Below are positions 36,002 to 46,529 of a DNA stretch of 64,000 nt, in pieces. The notes beneath the pieces were generated by a model that worked only from the letters and a program-made list of their open reading frames with translations, was not told where the DNA came from and did no database searches. The stretch's first letter is position 1. Every line of letters starts with the position of its first letter. Made by a program: the position numbers and the translations under genes. Source of the DNA: an uncultured Bacillota bacterium (GTDB lineage: Bacteria > Bacillota_I > Bacilli_A > RFN20 > CAG-288); the NCBI GenBank assembly GCA_949299015.1, contig CASFYT010000007.1, positions 12,636 through 76,635 on the forward strand, given 5' to 3'.

Positions 36002-36618
36002 CGCATGATTCGGACAAGGCGGGCTTCTCTGTCCGTTCCTTTCTCGAGCGTTCCCATCTTCTCGACGAATCCGCTGAGGACGCTGCGCTCGACAGCGTTG
36101 ATTCGGCTTGGAATCGTGGCATCCTCTCCTTCCCCGAGGAAGGCGATTTCCGCCAGGTCGAAGCGGACGTCCTTGTCGGCGAGGTGCCTTTCGTTTCGGA
36201 GGGCTTCGAGGAAGAGGAGCTTTTCGACGAGGCTATGGAAGTGGCGGAAGATCCAGGGTTCGAGGGAGGGTTCGAGGCCTTCTCTCTCCCTCTCCTTCGT
36301 CAGGCGCTCCTCGTACTGGGAGACGGCGAGGGGAGAGAGGGGACGTTTTTCCTTGGCGAGGTCGAGGACGTCGAGGAAGACGATGTTCCTTCCGACGTGG
36401 ATCACGGCATCGAAATCCGGCTCCCGTCCTTCGGCATAGGGGAAGAGACGGTTCGTGTCCTCGCGAACCTCCTGCCGCTCCGCCTCCTCGAGAGGGAGTT
36501 CCTGGAGAAAGGAGAAGATTCCTTCTTCCTCAGGGTAGAAGAGGACTTCCTCGGGATTCTGGAGGCGAAGGGCCTCCTTGAGGCTTCGTCGGACGGCTTC
36601 CTTTTCTTGATCGTTCAT
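35998..36618 (-). CDS. Hypothetical acidic cytoplasmic protein (206 aa)
   Basis: Codon usage matches the flanking genes. Translationally coupled to the downstream membrane protein. No motif recognised. Confidence 0.5.
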   Translation of the reverse strand: MNDQEKEAVRRSLKEALRLQNPEEVLFYPEEEGIFSFLQELPLEEAERQEVREDTNRLFPYAEGREPDFDAVIHVGRNIVFLDVLDLAKEKRPLSPLAVSQYEERLTKEREREGLEPSLEPWIFRHFHSLVEKLLFLEALRNERHLADKDVRFDLAEIAFLGEGEDATIPSRINAVERSVLSGFVEKMGTLEKGTDREARLVRIMR

Positions 36619-36689
36619 TCTTTGATGACCTTCCTTCCTTATTTTACTGAAAATGCGGACGAGGGGAAGAGAGGATTCTTTTCCTTTTC

Positions 36690-36720
36690 TTTACAATCAT
36701 TAACAAGATTGTGATATATC
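36690..36720 (+). promoter_or_regulatory. Putative Pho box (PhoP-type direct repeats) and -10 element upstream of pstS
   Basis: TTTACA (36690-95) and TTAACA (36700-05) are separated by 4 nt, which matches the Bacillus PhoP TT(A/T/C)ACA repeat rule. TGTGATATAT follows. No -35 element, as is typical for activator-dependent promoters. Confidence 0.35.
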
Positions 36721-36781
36721 GGCCGGCAGGGCCTGGATAAAGTAAAGGCGTTTGAAAAATCAAACGAAAGAGGAAACAAAA

Positions 36782-37852
36782 ATGAGAAAAACGGTTTTGT
36801 CTTCTGCCCTCCTTCTCTCGGCCCTGAGCTTGCTGGCCGGCTGCGCCGAAACTTCCAGTTCGACGTCGACGGGAAGCTCGACTTCCACTTCTTCTTCTTC
36901 GGCGGCAGAGACGGTCGATTTGACGGGAGAGACGCTTCGTTTTGTCGGTTCGACTTCGGTCGAGAACATGTCCCGCACCCTGTCGAACGCCTGGAGCCTG
37001 ACTTTCGAGGAAGGCAATCGTCCTGCCGTCGATCACAACCACACGGGCTCGGGCGATGCCTTCACGCGCGTCAGCAACGGAACGGGCGACATCGGACTCG
37101 CCTCGCGTGAGTTCAAAGATTCGGAAAAGGGCGAAGGCTATGCCAACGGCAGGATCTGCCGGGATGGAATTGCCGTCATCGTCAACGCCGAGAACCCGAT
37201 CGAGAACATCACCATCCAGCAGCTCCGCGACATATACGTCAATCCGGCGGCCATCGTCGACGCGGAGACCTCCATCGCCAACTTCGGCGAGGATTACTCG
37301 ACGGAGACGGCCGTCACGGATTGGGGAACGCTCACCAGCGGTGAGTTCTCCGGCAGCATCAATCCCTATACGCGTGACACCACTTCCGGAACGCGCGACG
37401 GCTTCTGCACGAAGATCGGCATCGAAGATGCCAAGTCTTCGGACAACCTCCTGACCAGCGAAGTCGGACAGGTCGCCAGCAACGGAGACATGATCACCAA
37501 CGTGGAGAACGACCGCTACGGCATCGGCTATTGCTCGCTGGAAGGCCTCGAAAGCCATCCGGACGTCAAGGCCATCCGTGTCGAGGGCATCGAAGCGACG
37601 GCGGATACCATCCGTTCCGACGAATACCCGCTTCAGAGAAACTTCAACTATATGTATCCGACGGCCGCCAACGGTCGTTCGGAGATCAAGATGGCCCTGA
37701 TCGATTCCTTCCTTGCCTACATGGGCTCGGCGGAAGGACAGGCCCTGATCACGGGCGAGGGCGGCATCCTCGATGCGGTGACGACGCTTCCCCAGAGCTA
37801 TGAGGACATCGTTGCCGAGGCGGATTGGGCGGTGACGCTCGGACTGCGCTGA
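36782..37852 (+). CDS. pstS: Phosphate ABC transporter substrate-binding lipoprotein
   Basis: Lipoprotein signal MRKTVLSSALLLSALSLLAGC with a Ser/Thr-rich linker. PBP-like body containing ..TSGTRD... Confidence 0.9.
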   Translation: MRKTVLSSALLLSALSLLAGCAETSSSTSTGSSTSTSSSSAAETVDLTGETLRFVGSTSVENMSRTLSNAWSLTFEEGNRPAVDHNHTGSGDAFTRVSNGTGDIGLASREFKDSEKGEGYANGRICRDGIAVIVNAENPIENITIQQLRDIYVNPAAIVDAETSIANFGEDYSTETAVTDWGTLTSGEFSGSINPYTRDTTSGTRDGFCTKIGIEDAKSSDNLLTSEVGQVASNGDMITNVENDRYGIGYCSLEGLESHPDVKAIRVEGIEATADTIRSDEYPLQRNFNYMYPTAANGRSEIKMALIDSFLAYMGSAEGQALITGEGGILDAVTTLPQSYEDIVAEADWAVTLGLR

Positions 37853-37881
37853 TCCGAATTCGGAAGTTGAAAATGAAAGGA

Positions 37882-37910
37882 GGGGAACGACCGAGCGTCG
37901 TTCCCCTTTC
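37882..37910 (+). terminator. Intra-operon hairpin/attenuator after pstS
   Basis: GGGGAACGAC-CGAGC-GTCGTTCCCC 10-bp stem followed by TTTC. Confidence 0.55.
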
Positions 37911-37924
37911 GTGGATTATAAAGA

Positions 37925-39019
37925 ATGGATAGAGAACACGACATCATCGCCGCAGAGCAGAAGATCTTCCCCGATCAGGGAATCCGGGTCAAGGCGGAAA
38001 GGAAAAGGGTGGTGGACGCCATCGTCAAGAACATCTTCCTGGCGATTGCCTTGGTCTGCGCCAGCGTCATCGTCTTCGTCGTCGTCTTTATCTTCGTCAA
38101 GGGACTTTCTTCCTTCCTGACGACGTACGAGGAAGGAGGGACGACGGGGACGCAGAGCTTCTGGGGCTTTCTTGCCAATACGACGTGGAACGGTGGGGCG
38201 TTCAACTTCGGCGGGGGCTATCTCATCGTCAACACGCTCTACCTCACGCTCCTTTCCCTCCTTCTCTCCATCCCCCTTTCCATCCTGACGTCCCTGCTGA
38301 TCACGAGAATCGCTCCGAAGGGGATTTCCTCCGTCCTTCAGGCGGGCGTCGAGCTTCTGGCGGCGGTTCCTTCGGTCATCTACGGCCTCTTTGGCATCGG
38401 ATTCATCAATCCGATGGTCCGTTCGCTGGCGGAATCGATGGGAATCTCGACCATGGGCGGCAATTCCATCCTTTCGGCGGTCATGGTCCTGGCCCTGATG
38501 TCGATTCCGACCATGACGTTGATGTCTGTCACCGCCATCAAGGCCGTCAATCCAAACCTGATCAAGGCTTCTCTCGCATTGGGTGCGAGTCCGACACAGA
38601 CCAACTTCAAGATTGTCCTGAAAGACGCTCAATCCGGAATCTTTGCCGGCATCATCCTTGGAATCGGCAGGGCGCTAGGGGAGGCGACCGCGGTTCAGAT
38701 GGTCATCGGCAATTCGCCGTCAGGAATGCACTTCGGTCTGTTCGAGACTTCCTCGACCCTGACGACGCAGATGCTGATGGGAATCGGCGAGGCGACGCCG
38801 GGAACGTTGGGCTACGACATCCGCTTTTCGGCAGGACTGTTCCTGATCGTCCTGATTCTCGTCATCGACCTGACGCTCAACCACATCAAGAACTGGATGT
38901 ATGCCAGCAAGACGGGACAGAAGATGAAGCCTTCCCTCCTCAAGGTCCTCTTCACGAACTATGTTCCTCGTCTGGCAAGGAGCCTTGCCTCCCGGAAAGG
39001 AGAAGACGCCGATGAATGA
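37925..39019 (+). CDS. pstC: Phosphate ABC transporter permease PstC
   Basis: Multi-TM protein with an EAA-type loop (..[13 protein letters not shown]..). Confidence 0.9.
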   Translation: MDREHDIIAAEQKIFPDQGIRVKAERKRVVDAIVKNIFLAIALVCASVIVFVVVFIFVKGLSSFLTTYEEGGTTGTQSFWGFLANTTWNGGAFNFGGGYLIVNTLYLTLLSLLLSIPLSILTSLLITRIAPKGISSVLQAGVELLAAVPSVIYGLFGIGFINPMVRSLAESMGISTMGGNSILSAVMVLALMSIPTMTLMSVTAIKAVNPNLIKASLALGASPTQTNFKIVLKDAQSGIFAGIILGIGRALGEATAVQMVIGNSPSGMHFGLFETSSTLTTQMLMGIGEATPGTLGYDIRFSAGLFLIVLILVIDLTLNHIKNWMYASKTGQKMKPSLLKVLFTNYVPRLARSLASRKGEDADE

Positions 39020-40706
39020 GTCCATTTCCTTCCAGTCCTACCTGGATCCTTTCCTGGAGCAGGGGATGAAGCCTTCCAAGGCCAGAAGGGCCCTGGGCAA
39101 GGAAGCCCGCCGGCTTTTCCGCGGCGATGCGACCCTCTTTGCGAAGTATGGCGTCGAAGACGAGGCCGGGGCGATGCGCAAGGCGGACAAGATCATCGCC
39201 TGGCTGGGGAAGGATGCCCTGACGTTGGCGGAGACGGATTCGACGGACGTTCCTCTCTCCTCCCTGACGGATACGAAGGAAGGGGATTTCGAATATACGG
39301 CCGAAGAAAAGAAGGAAAGCTTGGACAGGATCTTCCGCGAGAAGCGAAGGAATCGCCAAGTCCGAATCGTCGTCGACGGCATCAAGAACGTCATGACTTA
39401 CCTCTTCTCCTTCCTTTCCATCCTCGTCCTTGTCGGCATCGTCTACTACTGCGTCTCGACGGGAGGTTCGACCTTCTCAGGGGAATTCATCGTCGGCGAC
39501 GACCAGCCGATGCAGGTTTCCGCCAGCATGGACAATGACGATGCGGTTTCCCCGGATTTGTCCTTCGAAGCTCCGGAAGGATTGTCGGAAGAGAGCGCCT
39601 TCTCTTACCGCTGGGGAGTTGTCATTGAAGATTCAGTAGGAACGAATAGTGAACATGCCTTGACGATAACTTATGTCGATCCAGATTCTCCATTTCATGA
39701 ATTGAGGGATGACGACGATGTTCCGATCGACTTCACTTCCAACTTCAACATCTCCTACCTCTCGGCCTATACGGACTTCGACGCGGAAGCCGGGGGCATT
39801 CAGATCGGTGCCATCAATCCGAGGACCGACGATGCGGCTTCGGCGGTGAGCAAGCTCGAGGGCTTCCAGCTGATCTTCGATGCGGGGTTCGAGCTTGGCG
39901 GCGGCGGAATCCGCGGTCCGCTCCTGGCTACGCTTTACCTGGTCTTGTTTGCCCTTCTCTTCTCCCTTCCCCTGGGCATCGGAGCCGCCATCTATCTCTC
40001 GGTCTATGCGAAGAAGAACCGGCTGACCAATGTCATTCGGACGTTGATCGACATGATTTCAGGCATTCCGTCGATCATCTTCGGCTTGGCCGGCGCCATC
40101 ATCTTCATCCCGATCTTCTCGGGAGGTACGGGAATCGGAAACATTCTCTCAGGAGCCGCGACCCTGGCCTGCATGGTCCTTCCGACCATCATAAAGAATA
40201 CGGAGGAAGCGATCTATGTCCTTCCTCCTTCGCTCAAGAGCGCTTCCCTGGCCCTCGGTGCGAGTCAGACGCAGACGGTCTTCAAGGTCATCCTGCCGAA
40301 CTCGATTCCCGGCATTCTGACGGGCGGCCTGCTTGCTATCGGCCGCATCATCGGCGAATCCGCGGCGTTGATCTTCGCGACGGGAACGGCCATCAAGGAC
40401 GTCATCACGCCGACGACGGGAAACGTCTCGACGTTGGCCGTCTACATCTGGCGGTCGGTTTCCGGCGTCGAAAACCCGAACTATCAGGCGGCGACGGCCG
40501 CCGCCATCCTGATTCTGATCGTGGTCCTGATCCTGAACGTCACGGTGAAGCTGATTGCCTCGAAGCTCGACAAGTTCACCCCCAAGCCACCCAAATCCTG
40601 GGTGAGGCGACTCTTCGATCGGATGGTTCGGAATTGGCGAGCCAAGAAGGAAGTTCGCAAGGAGCTTTTGCAGGAAACAAACGGAGGTTCAAACCATGGA
40701 CAATGA
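39012..40706 (+). CDS. pstA: Phosphate ABC transporter permease PstA, expanded (564 aa)
   Basis: The C-terminal ~280 aa are PstA-like (..[21 protein letters not shown]..). They are preceded by a ~130-aa cytoplasmic extension and a ~150-aa acidic extracytoplasmic insert. The ATG at 39012 overlaps the pstC stop. Confidence 0.85.
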   Translation: MNESISFQSYLDPFLEQGMKPSKARRALGKEARRLFRGDATLFAKYGVEDEAGAMRKADKIIAWLGKDALTLAETDSTDVPLSSLTDTKEGDFEYTAEEKKESLDRIFREKRRNRQVRIVVDGIKNVMTYLFSFLSILVLVGIVYYCVSTGGSTFSGEFIVGDDQPMQVSASMDNDDAVSPDLSFEAPEGLSEESAFSYRWGVVIEDSVGTNSEHALTITYVDPDSPFHELRDDDDVPIDFTSNFNISYLSAYTDFDAEAGGIQIGAINPRTDDAASAVSKLEGFQLIFDAGFELGGGGIRGPLLATLYLVLFALLFSLPLGIGAAIYLSVYAKKNRLTNVIRTLIDMISGIPSIIFGLAGAIIFIPIFSGGTGIGNILSGAATLACMVLPTIIKNTEEAIYVLPPSLKSASLALGASQTQTVFKVILPNSIPGILTGGLLAIGRIIGESAALIFATGTAIKDVITPTTGNVSTLAVYIWRSVSGVENPNYQAATAAAILILIVVLILNVTVKLIASKLDKFTPKPPKSWVRRLFDRMVRNWRAKKEVRKELLQETNGGSNHGQ

Positions 40707-41502
40707 GATTCAGGAAGGGGCGACCCCCATCTTCGAACAGCAGGAAGGGGAGGAGAAGGTCATCTTCGAGTCCCGCCACCTCAACCTTTTCTATGACGAC
40801 CAGCAGGCGCTCAAGGACATCAACATCAAGATCTACAAGAACAAGGTCACGGCCTTCATCGGCCCTTCCGGATGCGGAAAGTCGACGTTCCTCCGTTGCT
40901 TCGACCGGATGAACGACCTCATCGACGGCTGTCGGGTCGAGGGGGAATTGCTCTATAATGGAGTCGACATCAAGACGATCAATCCGATTCTCCTCCGCTC
41001 GAAGGTCGGAATGGTCTTCCAGCAGCCCAACCCCTTTCCGATGTCGATCCGGGACAACATCACCTATGGTCCCCGCTGCCAGGGAATCCGGGACAAGAAG
41101 TATCTTCATCAGCTCGTCATCGACTCCCTCAAGGAGGGGGCGCTCTACGAGGAGGTCAAGGACCGCCTCAAGTCTTCGGGCATGGCGCTCTCAGGTGGAC
41201 AGCAGCAGCGTCTCTGCATCGCGCGTTGCGTTGCCATGAGGCCGGACGTCATCCTGATGGACGAGCCGACTTCGGCTCTGGATCCGATCGCCACCAAGAA
41301 GATCGAGGACCTGATCCAGAAGCTCAAGGAAAAGTACACGATCATCATCGTAACCCACAACATGCAGCAGGCGACGCGCGTCAGCGACTACACCGCCTTC
41401 TTCATGATGGGAGAGCTGGTCGAATTCAATCGGACGGAAGAATTCTTCTCCCACCCGAAGGAAAAGAGGAGCAACGACTACATCACGGGTCGCTTCAGCT
41501 GA
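40696..41502 (+). CDS. pstB: Phosphate ABC transporter ATP-binding protein
   Basis: GPSGCGKST Walker [14 protein letters not shown] signature and [11 protein letters not shown] Walker B. Confidence 0.95.
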   Translation: MDNEIQEGATPIFEQQEGEEKVIFESRHLNLFYDDQQALKDINIKIYKNKVTAFIGPSGCGKSTFLRCFDRMNDLIDGCRVEGELLYNGVDIKTINPILLRSKVGMVFQQPNPFPMSIRDNITYGPRCQGIRDKKYLHQLVIDSLKEGALYEEVKDRLKSSGMALSGGQQQRLCIARCVAMRPDVILMDEPTSALDPIATKKIEDLIQKLKEKYTIIIVTHNMQQATRVSDYTAFFMMGELVEFNRTEEFFSHPKEKRSNDYITGRFS

Positions 41503-41520
41503 TGGCAGGAGGAAAGAAAA

Positions 41521-42174
41521 ATGCAGATTGAAAAGGAAATTCAGAACATCGACAGCCGGGTCTACGAGATGCTTGATTGCGTCATCGAGTCCTGCAAGCT
41601 GGCCTTCCACTACTATCTCGATTCCGAGAGCGGATGCCGGGAGGACTGGATCATCGACGACGACAAGGTCAACCTCTACGAAAGGGAAATCGAGTCGCTC
41701 TGCATGCAGATTCTCCTTCGGGAGAAGGTCTATTCCGGCGACCTCCGGGACATCATCGGAAACTTCCGTCTCTGCGAGGACGTGGAACGCATCGGAGACC
41801 AGGCCTACGACATCAAGCAGACGGTCGACCAAATCAAGAAAAGGGAGGGGGAAGTACAGATTGTCCGCGGCATGGACGAGATCATCTCCGTGGTCCAGAA
41901 GATGGTTCAGGATTCCCTGTACTGCTGCGTCAAGATGAACGTGGCTCAGGCCGAGGAAATCCTCTCCCGCGACGACTATGTCGACAATAAGTATTGGGAA
42001 ATCGTCCGGGAGATCGTCCGCCTCAACAAGGAGGGGAAGATCTCGGCGGAGAGCACCGTCTATCAGACGATGGTCCTGAAGTATCTCGAACGCATCGCCG
42101 ACCATGCGACCAACATTGCGGAGTGGGTCGTCTTCATGGTCAACGGATTCCACAAGGACCAGGTCATCATCTAA
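41521..42174 (+). CDS. phoU: Phosphate signalling complex protein PhoU
   Basis: 217 aa with a two-repeat helical PhoU pattern (..ERIGDQA.. and ..ERIADHATNIAE..). Confidence 0.9.
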   Translation: MQIEKEIQNIDSRVYEMLDCVIESCKLAFHYYLDSESGCREDWIIDDDKVNLYEREIESLCMQILLREKVYSGDLRDIIGNFRLCEDVERIGDQAYDIKQTVDQIKKREGEVQIVRGMDEIISVVQKMVQDSLYCCVKMNVAQAEEILSRDDYVDNKYWEIVREIVRLNKEGKISAESTVYQTMVLKYLERIADHATNIAEWVVFMVNGFHKDQVII

Positions 42175-42192
42175 GACCAAGGAGGAAGGAAC

Positions 42193-42861
42193 GTGGCCAA
42201 CGTCATCTATTCGGTCGAAGACGACAGCAATATCGCCAAGATCATCCAGCTGACTCTGACGAAGCAGGGCTATGAGGTCCTCAGCTTTCAGGACGGACAA
42301 TCCTTTCTGGAAGCGTTCCAGGAGCGAAAGCCGGACCTTGTCCTCCTCGACCTCATGCTTCCGGACTGCAACGGCCTGGATCTTCTTCGCAAGATTCGTG
42401 CCAACAGGAACAACGATTCCGTCTCCATCATGATCGTCTCGGCGAAGAACCAGGTCGTCGACAAGGTCGACGGCCTCGATCTCGGGGCGGACGATTATCT
42501 GGAAAAGCCGTTCGACATCCTGGAGCTGATCTCACGGGTCCATGCCCGCCTGCGCCGCGTCCGCCAGGAAACGGCCATCACGATCGACAAGGTGACCATC
42601 GACTCGGAACGTCGGACCTGCCTGGTGGAAGGACGGGACGTTTCCCTGACCAACGCCGAATTCACGATTCTCTACGAGCTGATGAAGGCTTCCGACAAAG
42701 TCGTCAGCCGCGATCGCCTTCTCACCGTCCTCTGGGGCGACAAGGACGTCTACGAAAGCCGGACGGTCGACGTCCATATCAAATCCCTGCGCAATAAGCT
42801 GGATGGGCAGGGGAAGCATATCGTCTCGGTCTACGGCATCGGGTACAAATACACGAAATGA
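42193..42861 (+). CDS. OmpR-family response regulator (PhoP/PhoB-type)
   Basis: Receiver domain (DLVLLDLMLPD, phospho-Asp context) plus a winged-helix C-terminus (..VDVHIKSLRNKL..GIGYK). GTG start with an AAGGAGG RBS. Confidence 0.85.
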   Translation: MANVIYSVEDDSNIAKIIQLTLTKQGYEVLSFQDGQSFLEAFQERKPDLVLLDLMLPDCNGLDLLRKIRANRNNDSVSIMIVSAKNQVVDKVDGLDLGADDYLEKPFDILELISRVHARLRRVRQETAITIDKVTIDSERRTCLVEGRDVSLTNAEFTILYELMKASDKVVSRDRLLTVLWGDKDVYESRTVDVHIKSLRNKLDGQGKHIVSVYGIGYKYTK

Positions 42862-44558
42862 CACGGAAAAGAACGATTATCGAGACAGTAATTTTCTGTT
42901 TTGTACTGTTAGTTTTGTTCCTAGTTTCTTTCCTTTCTCTTTATTTTACGAGCAGAGACGCTCTCTATAAGGAAATTGAAAACGTTGCCTATGTTGCCGA
43001 GAGGCTCTTCGACGGAAACGATCCCTCGTCCGGCGAAGATGCCGTTCAGGCCTTCCAAGGCGTCGAAGACTATCGCGTCTCCATCCTCCTGCGGGAAGGA
43101 GAGGGCTATGAGATTCTCTATGATTCCAAGGACATGCTGGATTCCAGCGGCGAACCGGAGGAGATCATCTCCGGAAACGTGGGCACGGTCGTCATCCGGA
43201 CGTCGAGCTACGGCTATCCGATGGTCTACTTTGCCGTCAGCGACAGGGAGAACGCCAAATACTTTGTCCGTGCGGCCATTCCGGAGAGCCTGGCGACGCA
43301 GCTGGCTCGCGACTTCCTGCTGTATGGGTCGATCCTTCTCGTCTTGATCATGCTGGCCTACGTTTTCTATCGGTACTGGAACTATTCCCGCGTCGTCAAG
43401 CCCTTGAAGGACCAGGTGGAGCGCCTTCTCTATCTGGCTGGGGATCACGAAAGAAGGATCGATTCCGAAGGGGATCTGAGCCTGATCACGGAAGCCGTCG
43501 ACGACGTCTCCTTTCAGCTGAATCGCCGAATCGGCGAACTGGAGCGGGAAAAGGAGAAGACGAGCGTCATCCTGGACTCGATTCGCCAAGGCTTCCTGGC
43601 GGTTTCCCAGGAAGGAAGGATCATCCTGCTCAACCGAAAGGCGGCCCGCCTCTTTGGATATCGGCAGGAAGAGGCCTTGTCCAAGGACTTCCATATCCTC
43701 TCGGCAGGAGAGGAATTCGCTCAGCTTGTCGAGAAGGGGATTCGGGAGCGCAAGGACCAGGGCCACGTGGACATCACGATCGAGGGGCGCATCTATCAGT
43801 GCGACGTCATGGCGCTCCACGACTGCTGGATCGACGAGACGCACGGCGGTGTTGCCGTCCTCTTCCTGGACGTGACGGAGGAGCGGAACCTGGTCAAGAT
43901 CAAGACGGACTTCTTCGCGAACGCCAGCCATGAACTGAAGACGCCCCTGACGTCGATCCTCGGCTATCAGGAGATGCTCTCGGCCGGGATCCTTTCGACG
44001 GAGGACGAGAGGAAGGATGCGGTCGAGCGATCCATCCACGAGGCGAAGAAGATGAAGGAAATGCTCAACGACATGCTCACCATCTCCCGTATCGAAAACG
44101 GCGACAGAGAGGGCGTGATGGAACGCTTCGACCTCAAGGACGTGATCGAAGGACTCCTTCGGGATGCCGCTCCGCGCCTCAAGGAGAGGCAGATTCGGCT
44201 GGAGACGCGGCTGGAGAACTATCCCCTTTTGGCGCGCCGAGAGGATGTCGAGAAGATCTTCAGCAACTTGATCGACAACGGCATCAAATACAACCGCGAG
44301 GGAGGAAGGCTGGTCGTCGTCCTGGATCCTTCAAGACGGCGCATCACGGTGACCGACACGGGCATCGGCATCAAGGAAGAGAATCTCTCCCGCATTTTCG
44401 AACGATTCTACCGGGTGGACAATTCGAAGACGCTGAAGAACGTCGAAGGAACGGGCCTGGGACTCTCCATCGTCAAACATATCTGCCAGAAATACGGATA
44501 TCGCGTGGACGTGCATTCGACCTACGGACAAGGGACGACCTTTGTCGTACGCACCTGA
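42858..44558 (+). CDS. Sensor histidine kinase (PhoR-type)
   Basis: Two N-terminal TMs, a PAS-like segment, H-box FFANASHELKTPLTS, N box (DNGIKYN) and G boxes (GTGLGLSIVKH). Overlaps the regulator's stop. Confidence 0.85.
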   Translation: MTRKRTIIETVIFCFVLLVLFLVSFLSLYFTSRDALYKEIENVAYVAERLFDGNDPSSGEDAVQAFQGVEDYRVSILLREGEGYEILYDSKDMLDSSGEPEEIISGNVGTVVIRTSSYGYPMVYFAVSDRENAKYFVRAAIPESLATQLARDFLLYGSILLVLIMLAYVFYRYWNYSRVVKPLKDQVERLLYLAGDHERRIDSEGDLSLITEAVDDVSFQLNRRIGELEREKEKTSVILDSIRQGFLAVSQEGRIILLNRKAARLFGYRQEEALSKDFHILSAGEEFAQLVEKGIRERKDQGHVDITIEGRIYQCDVMALHDCWIDETHGGVAVLFLDVTEERNLVKIKTDFFANASHELKTPLTSILGYQEMLSAGILSTEDERKDAVERSIHEAKKMKEMLNDMLTISRIENGDREGVMERFDLKDVIEGLLRDAAPRLKERQIRLETRLENYPLLARREDVEKIFSNLIDNGIKYNREGGRLVVVLDPSRRRITVTDTGIGIKEENLSRIFERFYRVDNSKTLKNVEGTGLGLSIVKHICQKYGYRVDVHSTYGQGTTFVVRT

Positions 44559-44591
44559 TTTCTCCTCTCTTTTCTGCTAGAATACCTCTAT

Positions 44592-45707
44592 ATGAAAAAA
44601 GAAACGAAACCGTGGAACGCCGTGCTGCGCTTCTTGATTGGCGTCGGTGGCGGAGCCCTTTCCGCCCTGCCGGGCTTCCAAAGCGACGACTATGCCGAGA
44701 CCTTTTCGCTGACGAAGCGGAAGGAAAAGGGACTTCTTTCCACCTTCCTCCGCCAATCTTTGTATGCGTTGGGCTTCCTCGTCGGATTTCTCCTCTTCTT
44801 CCTCGTCCCGGTCCAGGAACTCGTGACGGGCTATTCCTTCGCCATCACCTGCCTCGTCCTCGCGCTCTTCCTTTCCTTCGCCGCCTATGACGTCTATCGC
44901 CTGGTGTTGGCGAAGGACAAGAAGAAGCATCTGCTCCCTTCCGCCCTGCTTTTCCTGGTTCTCTTCTCCGTTCCCTTTCTTCTTCACTTCTTTCCCATCG
45001 ACTGGGCGGCGCAGACGCAGACGATGTTCCTCGTGCTCGTCTTCCTTCTTGCCGCGTTCTCTTCCTTCCTTTCGTTCTTTGCCGGAATCTCCCCAGGTTC
45101 CTGCTTTCTTGTCACGGCGGCCTACCTTCCCCTTTCCGAGCGCCTCTTCGGCATTGTCCGATTGAATTTCGAAGGACAGGCGATGTTTTTGGCTGTCCTG
45201 GTCATCGGCTTTTTCCTTGGATGGATTCTTCATCTTCCGCTTCAGAACCGAACGCTGGAAATGGAGAGGCATTCCACCAATCTCGGCTTCTCCTTGGCGA
45301 TGATGGCGACCATCTTTGCCTTTTCCTTCGAACCGACCTTGGAGATGGGAGCGACGACGTCGGTCGCGGCTTCCTTCTTCATCCTGATGGGCTTGATCCT
45401 CGGCGGAATCGGTGTTGGTCTGGCCTTCACGGCCCACGGCTATCGAGCCCTCTCTCCGATTGAGAAGGAGGAGAAGGCCGTCCTGCGGAAGGAAGCGACG
45501 CCCCAGGAGGCTCGTCGCGTTCTAGGCGCCCACTACCGCGCCCTGCTGCTGGAAGGTCTGCTCGTTCCGGCGATGAAGGTCGATCAGACGAAAGTCTTCC
45601 ATCCGATGGAAAGGACGGGGTCCGAAGGAGAGAAGAGCGAAGAAAACGAGGGCGGCATCGACCTTTCGAGGCTCAAGGCCTTGGAGGAGGAGATGAAGGG
45701 ACGATGA
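44592..45707 (+). CDS. Hypothetical polytopic membrane protein with charged C-terminal tail
   Basis: 371 aa, ~8 hydrophobic segments. Stop overlaps the next gene's start (ATGA). No family recognised with confidence. Confidence 0.55.
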   Translation: MKKETKPWNAVLRFLIGVGGGALSALPGFQSDDYAETFSLTKRKEKGLLSTFLRQSLYALGFLVGFLLFFLVPVQELVTGYSFAITCLVLALFLSFAAYDVYRLVLAKDKKKHLLPSALLFLVLFSVPFLLHFFPIDWAAQTQTMFLVLVFLLAAFSSFLSFFAGISPGSCFLVTAAYLPLSERLFGIVRLNFEGQAMFLAVLVIGFFLGWILHLPLQNRTLEMERHSTNLGFSLAMMATIFAFSFEPTLEMGATTSVAASFFILMGLILGGIGVGLAFTAHGYRALSPIEKEEKAVLRKEATPQEARRVLGAHYRALLLEGLLVPAMKVDQTKVFHPMERTGSEGEKSEENEGGIDLSRLKALEEEMKGR

Positions 45708-46423
45708 GACTGGACCGTTTTCTTTCCCTTCACGGATTCTCGAGTCGAAAACAGGCGAAGAAGATCGTTCGCGACGGACGGATTCAAATCGATGGCGTCG
45801 TCTGCATGGACTATACCCGTTCCATTGATGGAACGAACAAGGTCTTTTTCGATGGAAAGGAGATTGAGAATCTTCCCTACGTCACCTTGATGATGAACAA
45901 GCCGGAAGGCTATCAGTCCTCCATGATCGACGAGCGGTATCCTTCGGTCATGAACCTTGTTCCTGATCAATACCGAAAGCGCGTTCGCCTTGTCGGAAGG
46001 CTGGACAGCGATACGACCGGACTCCTTCTACTGACCGACAACGGCATCCTCAACAGTCGCTTGGCCAATCCCAAGCATGGTGTTCCCAAGACCTACGAGG
46101 TCCTAGTCAATCATATTCTGCGTCCGGACCTCGCGGAGCGCTGCAAGGAACCGCTGGACATCGGCCGTGGGGAGATCGCCCACGTCGATGAGCTTGAAGT
46201 CCTTGATGAATCCCATGCCCGAATCACGGTCCACGAGGGCAAATACCACGAAATCAAGAGGATTTTCGGAAAGTTTGGGTACGACGTGCTGGAATTGAAG
46301 CGGATTCGGCTTGGTCCTCTCTCCTTGGGCGACTTGGAGAAGGGACAGTGCCGCCTTCTGACCGAGGAAGAATACGATTCGCTCCTCTCTCTTGTCCGTT
46401 TGGCAAAGAAAGACCTTCTGTGA
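45704..46423 (+). CDS. RsuA/RluB-family pseudouridine synthase
   Basis: S4 domain MRLDRFLS..G.SSRKQAKKIV.DGRI..DG and the catalytic GRLDSDTTGLLLLT motif. Confidence 0.88.
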   Translation: MRLDRFLSLHGFSSRKQAKKIVRDGRIQIDGVVCMDYTRSIDGTNKVFFDGKEIENLPYVTLMMNKPEGYQSSMIDERYPSVMNLVPDQYRKRVRLVGRLDSDTTGLLLLTDNGILNSRLANPKHGVPKTYEVLVNHILRPDLAERCKEPLDIGRGEIAHVDELEVLDESHARITVHEGKYHEIKRIFGKFGYDVLELKRIRLGPLSLGDLEKGQCRLLTEEEYDSLLSLVRLAKKDLL

Positions 46424-46529
46424 GGGGACGGAAGACTCATCATATTTTGATAAATACGCTCAAAAGGTCAGGGAGAGACGGGCACAAAAAAAGACCCAGT
46501 GACACAATTCAACAATTGCGGCTGGGCCT

